Below are positions 1 through 8,359 of a DNA stretch of 64,000 nt, piece after piece. Location of the stretch: positions 91,232-155,231 of the forward strand of contig DASSDB010000002.1 of assembly GCA_035697325.1 (NCBI GenBank), in the 5' to 3' direction. The stretch's first letter is position 1; the number at the start of each line of letters is the position of its first letter. Position numbers and translations under genes: made by a program. This stretch comes from Candidatus Saccharimonadales bacterium. Its GTDB lineage: Bacteria; Patescibacteriota; Saccharimonadia; Saccharimonadales; Saccharimonadaceae. A model generated the notes under the pieces. That model searched no databases, was not told the origin of the DNA, and saw only the letters and a list, made by a program, of their open reading frames with translations.

Positions 1-483
1 TGAATTAAGCCCCACATCGCTTTCCCTACGTGGAGCCCTACGTCGCCACCAAAATTTGCTCGGTACACTTCGGTACCAGCATGTTCGTACATTCTTCCCA
101 AAGCATCGCCCAGAAAAGTCTGGTACATGTGCCCTGTGTGAATCTCCTTAAAAGGGTTTGGGCAAGAATACTCAAGAAGGATACGTTTTACAGGGGATTC
201 AATCGATGTGTGAAGTGCTGCTCGAAAAATCTCCTCTGCCGAAAGACGAATATTTATAAACCCTGGACCGGCAACATTGACTTCGGCAAACGCTCTACTT
301 TCCTTCAGCTTTGCCGCGATTGTTTCGGCAATTTCCTTGGGATTCTTCCCTAATTTTCCGGCAAGTTGCAAGGCGACATTAGTGGCGTAGTCACCAAATT
401 GCGCATCGGGACGCGTTAAAACAACTTCTTGCTGTACACCAAAAAGTTCAAAGATAATCGTGCGGACTTTTTCTTCCATCATC
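1..483 (-). CDS. argS: Arginine--tRNA ligase, N-terminal ~160 codons (gene runs off the left edge)
   Basis: Absent from the ORF track because it is open at base 1. The minus-strand frame from ATG ATG (483/480) reads MMEEKVRTIIFELFGVQQEVVLTRPDAQFGDYATNVALQLAGK...GPGFINIRLS...LLEYSCPNPFKEIHTGHM...GGDVGLHVGKAMWG without a stop. This matches the ArgS N-terminal add-on domain plus a class I HIGH-type signature (HTGH). Confidence 0.8.
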
Positions 484-511
484 CCTATTATAACAGAGGC
501 GCTCTAGAAGC

Positions 512-557
512 ATAAAAAGAAGGGCCGATGCCATCAAACGGATGATGGCATCGGCCG
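512..557 (-). terminator. Intrinsic terminator downstream of the 570-851 ORF
   Basis: 13-bp stem GGCCGATGCCATC (524-536) / GATGGCATCGGCC (545-557). On the minus strand it is followed by CUUCUUUUUAUGC. Confidence 0.65.
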
Positions 558-569
558 AGATGAGACGGC

Positions 570-851
570 TCAGGAGTAACGGCGAGCGATGTCGAGCTCT
601 CGCCGTTCTCGCTCCGGAAGCTCTTCTTCCGGTACCTCTCGAAATGCCAGCCCTCGTTCTATCAGGGCTTGTCGAAGGTTTTCCATCAGCACCTCGTCAG
701 TACTGCCGTAGTAACGTGTACTTTCGGGGTCATGGCCCTTGAGGTGATAAATGCGATCCCCCCTCCCCGTTTGCATCGGCGGAAGCGCTATCAGGACAGG
801 CTTCAGTACGTGGTCCGGAGTTTCGCCGTGCTCAAAAGCAAAGAAAAGCAA
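570..851 (-). CDS. Hypothetical protein, 93 aa, in a GC-rich patch (TTG start)
   Basis: ORF in track; I recognise no family. It has its own terminator. Line 601-660 is 36/60 GC by hand count. Upstream lies a separate 40-codon ORF (1044-922: MTEEQNTTTNSDDLDALRILLHTVKGLSAVSNTESVDSES). The region may be a decayed remnant. Confidence 0.35.
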   Translation of the reverse strand: MLFFAFEHGETPDHVLKPVLIALPPMQTGRGDRIYHLKGHDPESTRYYGSTDEVLMENLRQALIERGLAFREVPEEELPERERRELDIARRYS

Positions 852-1094
852 CTGACTTTTCCTTTCTCTTCTCGCAACAGAATTGCCGCAAGGATATCAT
901 CGCATTTTTCCCTTAAGAATACTAGCTTTCGGAGTCGACAGACTCGGTGTTTGATACGGCGCTTAAGCCTTTTACCGTGTGAAGCAGGATACGTAACGCA
1001 TCGAGATCGTCGCTGTTGGTAGTGGTGTTTTGTTCTTCGGTCATGTTTGTCTTTGCTTATTGTGATTGTCATATTAACATTAGCATTTTTACCA

Positions 1095-2714
1095 CTATTT
1101 GTCAATTAATGCTGTTTGCGTGGGTTGAGCAATTTTGGACGAAGAAAGGCCTGCTGCGACCAGTCCCTTAAATAACGAGTGTGCATTCCCCGGACGACTA
1201 CGAAATTCCGGATGTGCCTGAGTCGCAACAAAGTAACTATTACCCGGCGCCTCAACGTACTCTACTAACTTGCCATCAGGTGAAGTTCCGGAAACGATCA
1301 AACCCCCTCTCTTAATTTCAGCTAGAAATGTCTGATTTACTTCATAACGATGCCTATGCCGTTCGATCACTGTAGTTTTGCCATAAGCCTGCGCTACCTT
1401 TGAATTTGGCTGAAGCTTAGCCTCGTAATTACCCAGTCGAAGAGTACCACCTGTTGACTCTTTTCCAGCCTGACCCTCCATAATATACACGACGTCATGA
1501 TTGGTTGAAGCAAATTCTGTGCTATGAGCCGTTCGGAGTCCCGCCTTCCTGGCAGCAGCGATGACGGCAACCTGAAGACCAAGGCAAATCCCCAAATAAG
1601 GAACGTCGTTATCGAGCGCGTAGCGTGCTGCGGCGATTTTGCCATCTATACCTCGCGCACCAAAACCACCAGGTACAAGCAGTGCGTCAACGACAGCAAA
1701 GTCATCATCTGTCGCCGTTTCGGCATTAATCCATGCCACCCGTACTCGTGCCCCTTCTGCCCATCCTGCCGCCCGTAAAGCCTCAACTACGGAGAGATAG
1801 GTATCTTCGTTATCCATATACTTCGCCACCAACCCTACGGTCACCGGAGGGGATTCAATAGATTGCGCTTGTATAATTTTTTGCCACGCCGAAAAGTCAG
1901 GTTCTTTAGTAAAGCCCGAAAACTCCGAAAGAATTGCGCTAAGACCGCTTTTAGCTATTGCCATTGGTATGCGATATACCGTGTCGACATTTGGCATCAA
2001 CAAGACATTCTCCTCAGGCACCCCACCGAATAAGCTTATTTTAGCGGCCACGCCGGCCGGCGCAGGATCATCCGTACGCACCACGACACAATCTGGTGTG
2101 ATACCAAACCCTCTCAAATCGTTGAGTGCGTTTTGCGCAGGCTTGGTTTTAAACTCTTTACTCGTACGAATAAAGGGCACATACACTACATGAACAAACA
2201 AACAGTTTTGCCTACTAACACGCTGAGAAAATTCACGAATAGCTTCAATATAACTCAAAGCCTCGTAGTCGCCCACCGTTCCACCAATTTCAACGATGTG
2301 GATGTCGCTTCCCTCGCCCGCCTCCAGGATCGCCCGCTGAATTGCTCCCGTTAGATGTGGTACAAGCTGCACTGTTTTGCCACCTAACTTCCCTGCTCGT
2401 TCTTCCTCAATAAGGTCAAGTAGAAGACGGCCGGAAAGCGTTGCGTTTTTCTGAGTCAACTCCAGATCCAAAAAGCGCTCATAGTGACCAAGGTCAAGAT
2501 CCGTTTCCGCACCATCTTTGGTCACAAAACACTCTCCATGCTCCGCAGGATTCAAAAGGCCCGCATCTACATTGAGATACGGGTCACACTTTTGAATCGA
2601 GACGCGGGCACCTTTAGCCTGCAAGACGGCACCTATGCTGGCTGCGGTTATCCCTTTACCTACCCCCGAGAGTACACCCCCAGTTACAAATATATATTTT
2701 TCTTTTTGCCCCAT
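1095..2714 (-). CDS. pyrG: CTP synthase
   Basis: YIFVTGGVLSGVGKGITAASIG N-terminus, C-terminal glutamine amidotransferase domain (GICLGLQ, HRHRYEVN). The ATG at 2714 has GGAGAA 10 nt upstream; the track start at 2732 has no SD. Confidence 0.97.
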   Translation of the reverse strand: MGQKEKYIFVTGGVLSGVGKGITAASIGAVLQAKGARVSIQKCDPYLNVDAGLLNPAEHGECFVTKDGAETDLDLGHYERFLDLELTQKNATLSGRLLLDLIEEERAGKLGGKTVQLVPHLTGAIQRAILEAGEGSDIHIVEIGGTVGDYEALSYIEAIREFSQRVSRQNCLFVHVVYVPFIRTSKEFKTKPAQNALNDLRGFGITPDCVVVRTDDPAPAGVAAKISLFGGVPEENVLLMPNVDTVYRIPMAIAKSGLSAILSEFSGFTKEPDFSAWQKIIQAQSIESPPVTVGLVAKYMDNEDTYLSVVEALRAAGWAEGARVRVAWINAETATDDDFAVVDALLVPGGFGARGIDGKIAAARYALDNDVPYLGICLGLQVAVIAAARKAGLRTAHSTEFASTNHDVVYIMEGQAGKESTGGTLRLGNYEAKLQPNSKVAQAYGKTTVIERHRHRYEVNQTFLAEIKRGGLIVSGTSPDGKLVEYVEAPGNSYFVATQAHPEFRSRPGNAHSLFKGLVAAGLSSSKIAQPTQTALIDK

Positions 2715-2764
2715 GTTGATTGTTTTCTCCATGGGATTTCATTATAACATTAAAAAGTGATTAA

Positions 2765-2813
2765 ACGCTATATGTAGTGCATTGTAATCTTCACTATACC
2801 CTACATATGGTAT
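2765..2813 (-). promoter_or_regulatory. Tandem NrdR-box-like palindromes upstream of pyrG
   Basis: ACGCTATATGTAGTGC (2765-2780) and ACCCTACATATGGTAT (2798-2813), centres 33 bp apart. Both resemble the NrdR box consensus acaCwAtATaTwGtgt. The same two-box module is seen upstream of nrdA. Confidence 0.5.
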
Positions 2814-2823
2814 GTGTAGTGAT

Positions 2824-3819
2824 TTAAAAAACTAGTCGGCCGTTTTCAACTTCTGGTGCGTCTTGAACTTTCAGCTGATTCTGCTGCTCTTGAGGCTTTG
2901 GTGCGCGATCACCTTCAAAACGGAGCATATCGCGGCCAAATGCCTGAAGTGATGTAGTCGCTTCATTGGTGATAGGCCCAGCAGGCTGCTCATAATTAGT
3001 GGTCATGAGAACATAGCGCAGCATATGACCAGTTTTCTTGTTTTCGATAATTCCGACATCATGGCGGTTATTCCCCTCAGGATCGTTAAGCTGGCCTTGT
3101 TTATCAATAACCAAGATGTTCTCTTTGTCTTTGACTTGGCTGCGCGGACCGTAATCGTCGAAGATATTCGTAGCCAAGGCATTTTTAACGAATGCCGTGT
3201 AAGAATCGTAATTGCTCGCAAGCTTTTGGATAATAAAGTCTATTTCTGAAGCCGTAGTGTAACCAAGCAAGAATTTATCCGTTCCTGCGACTGGCTCCAG
3301 CTTGGTCACTTTTAACTCAGGATACTCTGTGAGATAGCGCTGATTCACCGCTTCTGCTCCGCCCAAGGCCTTGTTAACGATGGCGCGGACCGCCGTGTTA
3401 CCGGAGCGGTTTAACATATCAAAAAGAGCATCTTGTACTGTTGCTGTTAGTGGCGAGCTGTCCGAATCGTATATACCGGCGCCTGCCCGGCGATCACTCG
3501 CCGTCCAACTAAGTTGCGTATTGAGTGTGATTTTACCCGCTCGAAGATCTTCAAGTAATAATGAGGTTACAAATAATTTGCTGTCGCTGGCAGCCCAGTG
3601 TACATAATCGGTATTATGCGAATAAACAGGCTTCTTATCAGTCATGTCATAGACGATCACGCTTGTATCGATGCCTTTTTGCTCGTTTTCTTTAACTTGC
3701 CGCGCAAGCTGTAGTTTTAATATCAGACGCTTCGCGTACCAAGAAGCATCTTGGTGGTGTCCTTGTGAATTGTAAGACGACGAATCGTCCGCCGTTATAG
3801 GTATTACTGGGGTGGTCAT
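2824..3819 (-). CDS. Serine hydrolase, class A beta-lactamase / DD-peptidase-like
   Basis: SxxK (SDSK in WAASDSKLFVTSLLLEDL) and SxN (SGNTAVRAI) motifs in the usual order and spacing. No obvious signal peptide. Confidence 0.7.
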   Translation of the reverse strand: MTTPVIPITADDSSSYNSQGHHQDASWYAKRLILKLQLARQVKENEQKGIDTSVIVYDMTDKKPVYSHNTDYVHWAASDSKLFVTSLLLEDLRAGKITLNTQLSWTASDRRAGAGIYDSDSSPLTATVQDALFDMLNRSGNTAVRAIVNKALGGAEAVNQRYLTEYPELKVTKLEPVAGTDKFLLGYTTASEIDFIIQKLASNYDSYTAFVKNALATNIFDDYGPRSQVKDKENILVIDKQGQLNDPEGNNRHDVGIIENKKTGHMLRYVLMTTNYEQPAGPITNEATTSLQAFGRDMLRFEGDRAPKPQEQQNQLKVQDAPEVENGRLVF

Positions 3820-3897
3820 CCGCTGCTCCTCCTATTGTGTTTTAAAGCGATCATGCCATTGCACATTTCTTAGCATAACAAGGATGAATGGCGGTTG

Positions 3898-5184
3898 TTA
3901 GCCTTGACTTTGGCTTAAAATAGCCGCTATAGAGGCCTCCTTAGGATAAACCAGAAGTGGTGTATTTTCCATTTCCCACGCATCCAAAACGGGTTGTAAA
4001 ACCTGCCAGCTCGCTAAAACCTCCCCGCTACTTGTGAACAAACTTTTATGAGAGCGGATGGCGTCAACAAGAACTTGTTCGTAGGCATCGGGCAAAATCG
4101 CATCTTTTGGATACGAAAAGGCGAGATGACGCGGTTCGAACTCGCGCTCATAGCCTGGTTTTTTAGCGGAAAGCTCGATCTCAACACCTTCATTCGGCTG
4201 AATCCGCAGCACAAGACGATTCGCTTGGGCATCGTGGGTCTTCTTAAAATTGATTCGAATTTCCGTTATCTTAGTTTCTAAAGCCTTGCCCGTTACGAGC
4301 CGTAAAGGTACCCCCCTCCAAAGAGGATTGTCCGAAGCTAATTCCACACTGACAAACGTTTCTGTAAGGCTACCCGGGTTATTTACCTCTTTGGCGTACC
4401 CCTCATATTGGGCGCGAACAGCAAGTGAGGGATTGGCGCCACGAAGCTGGCTCAGCGCTTCAAGGCGTTTTTTTGGAATATCATTCCAGTCGAGACTGCC
4501 GGGAATTTCCATCAATACCAGCGCCAGCAGCTGCATCAAGTGCCCCTGGAGTACGTCGCGAAGTGCTCCGGTTTGCTCGTAAAACTGCCCTCTTCCCTCA
4601 ATACCTATTTTCTCGCTGGCAATCACTTCAATGTCGGTAATCGCCTGGTTGTTCCATATATGACTAAACAACGCGTTTCCTGCCCTGAATGCTGCGATAT
4701 TTTGAGCCATTTCTTTAGCCAGATAGTGGTCGATCCGGTACACCCGGGCATCATCAAAATAACTATCCACGTGTTCTTTCATAGCCTTAGCCGAGGCCAA
4801 GTCAACACCGAAAGGCTTTTCAAGCAAGAGTTTCGTATTTGATGTATTCAACTCCGCTTCACCCAGTAGCGATACGATTTGGCGCGTAGCCACTGGTGGA
4901 ACAGAAAGATAAATAAGGAGTTGCTCTTCGGGCTTAAGTGCTATATGTTTGCGCAGGCGGTCATACTCGGTCAGTGTAGCCATATCCATAGAAAAAAGTG
5001 AGGTTCGCTCTTGTAACTCTGGCGTGTTCCCGAGTAACTCATCGAGATCAAGTCCGCCCCTGGAAACACCGATGATTTCCATATCCGAAAACTGATCGTG
5101 GCGAATGATCGATTGAAGCGCCGGAAGCAATTTGCGCCGCGAAAGGTCACCCGATATACCAAAAATCAACAGCTTCGTCTTCAT
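3898..5184 (-). CDS. zwf: Glucose-6-phosphate 1-dehydrogenase
   Basis: N-terminal GISGDLSRRKLLPAL dinucleotide-binding motif and RIDHYLAKEMAQNI active-site signature. Confidence 0.93.
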   Translation of the reverse strand: MKTKLLIFGISGDLSRRKLLPALQSIIRHDQFSDMEIIGVSRGGLDLDELLGNTPELQERTSLFSMDMATLTEYDRLRKHIALKPEEQLLIYLSVPPVATRQIVSLLGEAELNTSNTKLLLEKPFGVDLASAKAMKEHVDSYFDDARVYRIDHYLAKEMAQNIAAFRAGNALFSHIWNNQAITDIEVIASEKIGIEGRGQFYEQTGALRDVLQGHLMQLLALVLMEIPGSLDWNDIPKKRLEALSQLRGANPSLAVRAQYEGYAKEVNNPGSLTETFVSVELASDNPLWRGVPLRLVTGKALETKITEIRINFKKTHDAQANRLVLRIQPNEGVEIELSAKKPGYEREFEPRHLAFSYPKDAILPDAYEQVLVDAIRSHKSLFTSSGEVLASWQVLQPVLDAWEMENTPLLVYPKEASIAAILSQSQG

Positions 5185-5185
5185 T

Positions 5186-6487
5186 TTATAATCCTCCTAT
5201 AGCGTTTCTCACAAGCCACATATTTAATCCGGTAATTACAAAAGCAATCGAGAAAACGGTCGCTTTCATCCAGGGCTTATTCACAAAGCTTCCCATATAT
5301 TTTTTACTGCTCGTAAAGTAAATCAATGGCAGTACAGCAAATGGCAGCTGAATACTCAGAACGATCTGACTGAATATAAGAAGCTGGGATAAGCCAGATC
5401 CGCCGAATAAAATCGCAATACAGACCGCTGGAATGATCGCAAGTGACCGCGTGATCAAGCGGCGCAACCATGGCTTCAGTTTTACTTTTAAAAATCCTTC
5501 CAGAATAATCTGTCCGGCAAGCGTTGCGGTAACCGTTGAGTTTTGTCCCGAGGCAAGCAGTGCAACCGCAAAGAGGATACTGGCCGCTCCTACACCAAGT
5601 AGTGGCGCAAGTAACTGATAAGCTTGGTCGATCTCGGCTACGTCGTTATATCCCTTGGAATAAAATGTCGCGGCAGAAAGAATAAGAATCGCCGCGTTCA
5701 CAAAAAACGCGATTGAAAGCGCGATCGTCGAGTCGATTGTGCCAAACTTGATCGCCTCTCTCCTTCCTTTCTTATGGAGTCCGTGTGCCCGCGTTTGCAC
5801 AACGGCCGAATGCAAATATAAGTTGTGCGGCATAACCGTCGCACCTAATATTCCTACCGCAATAAAGAGCATTTCCTGATTAGTAAACAACTCTGTCGAT
5901 GGTACAAACCCTTGAAGCAGCGGTGCTATAGCCGGTTGCGAAAACAGCATCTCAAGCCCGAAGCAGACGACGACGGTGATAATGAGCGTAATAACCAACG
6001 CCTCAAGCCAGCGAAAGCCTTTCTTTTGCAAAAATAATAGCAGGAGGACATCGAGTGCCGTAATAATCACACCGATCGGAAGTGGAATATGAAAAAGAAG
6101 CTCTAACGCAATCGCTGTACCGATCACTTCTGCTAAATCACAAGCAATAATCATGATTTCGGCCATAGCCCACAAAAACTTTGTTACCCAGCTAGGAAGG
6201 TTCTCCCGGCAAATCTGCGCCAGGTCCTTGCCTGTCACCACACCGAGCTTTACGGTAAGATGCTGCAAAAACATCGCAAAAATACTTGAAATCAAAATAA
6301 CGAAGAGCAGCGCGTACCCGAACCGCGACCCACCAGCAAGATCGGTTGCCCAGTTGCCCGGATCCATATAACCAACGGCCACAAGATAGCCCGGCCCAGA
6401 AAACGCGAACATCTTTTTTAAAAACGAGGCCTTATCAGGAATTGTGATTGAACGATGGACCTCGCTTAAGCTTTTTGGTGCGCTCAC
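5186..6487 (-). CDS. mntH: Nramp-family divalent metal (Mn2+/Fe2+) transporter
   Basis: GPGYLVAVGYMDPGNWATDLAGGSRFGYALL signature; polytopic, 433 aa. Confidence 0.93.
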   Translation of the reverse strand: MSAPKSLSEVHRSITIPDKASFLKKMFAFSGPGYLVAVGYMDPGNWATDLAGGSRFGYALLFVILISSIFAMFLQHLTVKLGVVTGKDLAQICRENLPSWVTKFLWAMAEIMIIACDLAEVIGTAIALELLFHIPLPIGVIITALDVLLLLFLQKKGFRWLEALVITLIITVVVCFGLEMLFSQPAIAPLLQGFVPSTELFTNQEMLFIAVGILGATVMPHNLYLHSAVVQTRAHGLHKKGRREAIKFGTIDSTIALSIAFFVNAAILILSAATFYSKGYNDVAEIDQAYQLLAPLLGVGAASILFAVALLASGQNSTVTATLAGQIILEGFLKVKLKPWLRRLITRSLAIIPAVCIAILFGGSGLSQLLIFSQIVLSIQLPFAVLPLIYFTSSKKYMGSFVNKPWMKATVFSIAFVITGLNMWLVRNAIGGL

Positions 6488-7080
6488 TTTTTATTCTTTC
6501 CACTAATGATGTCCGGAACCGGCTCGCCAAACACGATGCGGGGAATATTTACTAATTGACGAGCTTCTCCATCAGGATACTGATGCTGATACGCAGCCGT
6601 CGTCGAACCGAATACAGCCTGCTCCCACTCAAAGCCAAGAAGATCCGCTATACGTTTTACCTCATGTTCGTTCGGACCTTCAATCTCGATATACGGGTCG
6701 AGCCACGGCCATTCATCCAGTACCACTTCAACATCGCCAAGTCGCCACGTTTCGCGGCGTGACTCCTGGAAAGATTTGTGAGTTAACCCGGCAAGCCGAA
6801 GGATTTCTACCATGCCATCAAAGTCGCTTACAGTAACCTCTAACTCTTCTACACCTGAAATTGCCGTGTGATCATGAAATTGTTTGTATGTCAGCGTCAC
6901 CTTGTCGCCTTCATCACGGACACGGATGAACGCATCTTTTGCCTCCAGTTCAGGAGGTTCGATAATCACACGGCGCATCAACCGCATAGGTTGTTCTAAT
7001 GTGGCACCAGCAGCCTTTAACCGTTCCCGGAGCTCGTCAAAATTAACGTTAAGGAATTTCACTTCGGTCTCGGTTTTCAT
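6484..7080 (-). CDS. CYTH-domain protein (CyaB-type class IV adenylyl cyclase / triphosphatase fold)
   Basis: N-terminal EVKF (ExExK) motif and acidic beta-strand pattern (EELEVTV, YIEIEG) typical of the CYTH tunnel fold. 4-nt overlap with mntH. Confidence 0.75.
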   Translation of the reverse strand: MKTETEVKFLNVNFDELRERLKAAGATLEQPMRLMRRVIIEPPELEAKDAFIRVRDEGDKVTLTYKQFHDHTAISGVEELEVTVSDFDGMVEILRLAGLTHKSFQESRRETWRLGDVEVVLDEWPWLDPYIEIEGPNEHEVKRIADLLGFEWEQAVFGSTTAAYQHQYPDGEARQLVNIPRIVFGEPVPDIISGKNKK

Positions 7081-7088
7081 GGTTACCT

Positions 7089-8141
7089 CTATTGGTTCAG
7101 GATACTATTACTTGGGTCGTTCTCGTCGCGATCGGCGCTCGGACTTTGACCCTTTTTCGTACTCGCACCACCAGCATTTACCTCATAGCTGGTATTCGTA
7201 CTTTCAAAGAAGTTTACGAGCTCAAGCGTATCGTTAGCCGCTGCCATCCACTTAGCAGGGTTACTTACCTTGTAGTGGGGGTCGAATCCAAGCTCTTCAA
7301 GGCGCCTATCTGCCAGATATTTCACGTACTGATTGATATAATCGCTGTTAAGCCCTAGTATGCCGTTTGGAAGAAGATCGCGGTTATACGCTTCTTCCAT
7401 CTCAACACCATCGAGGATCATCTGCTTGATTTCAGCCGCAAATTCCTCAGTTTGAAGATCTTCATTTTCTTCCAATACGGTGAGGATCAGGTTGATACCG
7501 AACTTGAGATGCAAACTCTCATCACGAACCACCCAGTCGATAAGTGAACCGAAGTTGCGGAGCAGGTTACGCTGACGGAACGAAAGTGCCACCATAAAAC
7601 CGGAGTAGAACCAAATTCCCTCAAGGATAATATTGTAGGCCACAAGGTTACGAACAAAGTCCTTTTTGCCTTCCGTTGTCGTGATATCGAGCGTGTCTTC
7701 GGTCATACGCTTGATAAACTTTGTTTCAAATTCTTCCTTGCGTGCCATAGATGGTGTTTCCACGTGAGCAGCGTAGGCTTCATCACGATTAATCGGAAAC
7801 GTCTCAAGCACATACTCGAAAGACATACAGTGGTTGGCCTCTTCCCACATTTGCTTGGCAAGATACAAGTGACATTCTGCGGCATTCACGTAGGGATACA
7901 CACCAAATGCAAGGGCTTTGTTAACAAGTAGCTCGTTCGGGTTGAAATAGCTCATGAGAAACGTCAGTGCGTGGCGCTCTTCATCACTCATCTTCTTCCA
8001 ATCTGCCAAATCTTGCCCTAATTGGATCTCATTTGGAAACCACGTGTTTGAAACTGCCTGATCATACAGATCCATCGCCCACTTGTAATGAATGGGCTTG
8101 AGCAGTAGCCCGTCCTGAATCCCGGTTCCTAAAATTGCCAT
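7089..8141 (-). CDS. nrdB: Ribonucleoside-diphosphate reductase beta subunit (class I)
   Basis: WFPNEIQLGQDLADW, EEANHCMSFEYV and VRDESLHLKFG di-iron ligand regions. Confidence 0.95.
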   Translation of the reverse strand: MAILGTGIQDGLLLKPIHYKWAMDLYDQAVSNTWFPNEIQLGQDLADWKKMSDEERHALTFLMSYFNPNELLVNKALAFGVYPYVNAAECHLYLAKQMWEEANHCMSFEYVLETFPINRDEAYAAHVETPSMARKEEFETKFIKRMTEDTLDITTTEGKKDFVRNLVAYNIILEGIWFYSGFMVALSFRQRNLLRNFGSLIDWVVRDESLHLKFGINLILTVLEENEDLQTEEFAAEIKQMILDGVEMEEAYNRDLLPNGILGLNSDYINQYVKYLADRRLEELGFDPHYKVSNPAKWMAAANDTLELVNFFESTNTSYEVNAGGASTKKGQSPSADRDENDPSNSILNQ

Positions 8142-8160
8142 ATTTCCTCCTTATACCTTC

Positions 8161-8340
8161 TTACTGACAGCCTTCACACATCGTCAGGTCGGCTGGATCG
8201 AGCGGAGCGGCGACGGTGCCGTTTTGTGCCGCTTCCTCGTTTGCCTGCGCCTGCGCGTTTTTCATTGCGAGGTCAATTGCAGCCAGTTTTTCCTCGAGTG
8301 TCATATCGTCATTGATGATTGTACTTGCGTTCATGCCCAT
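8161..8340 (-). CDS. Unlisted small ORF (59 aa) between nrdA and nrdB, C-terminal CxxC
   Basis: Below the track cutoff. ATG at 8340 is preceded by AGGGGGA. It reads MGMNASTIINDDMTLEEKLAAIDLAMKNAQAQANEEAAQNGTVAAPLDPADLTMCEGCQ, stop TAA at 8161-8163. It fills almost the whole nrdA-nrdB spacer. Confidence 0.5.
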   Translation of the reverse strand: MGMNASTIINDDMTLEEKLAAIDLAMKNAQAQANEEAAQNGTVAAPLDPADLTMCEGCQ

Positions 8341-8359
8341 TGTTTTATCCCCCTAATTT

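Noticed and set aside
669-1105. 117-aa plus-strand and 100-aa minus-strand ORFs between argS and pyrG
   Set aside because: They are mutually overlapping, with Arg/Cys-rich products and no ribosome-binding sites. The 100-aa ORF would overlap the pyrG stop. I treat the area as a decayed region.
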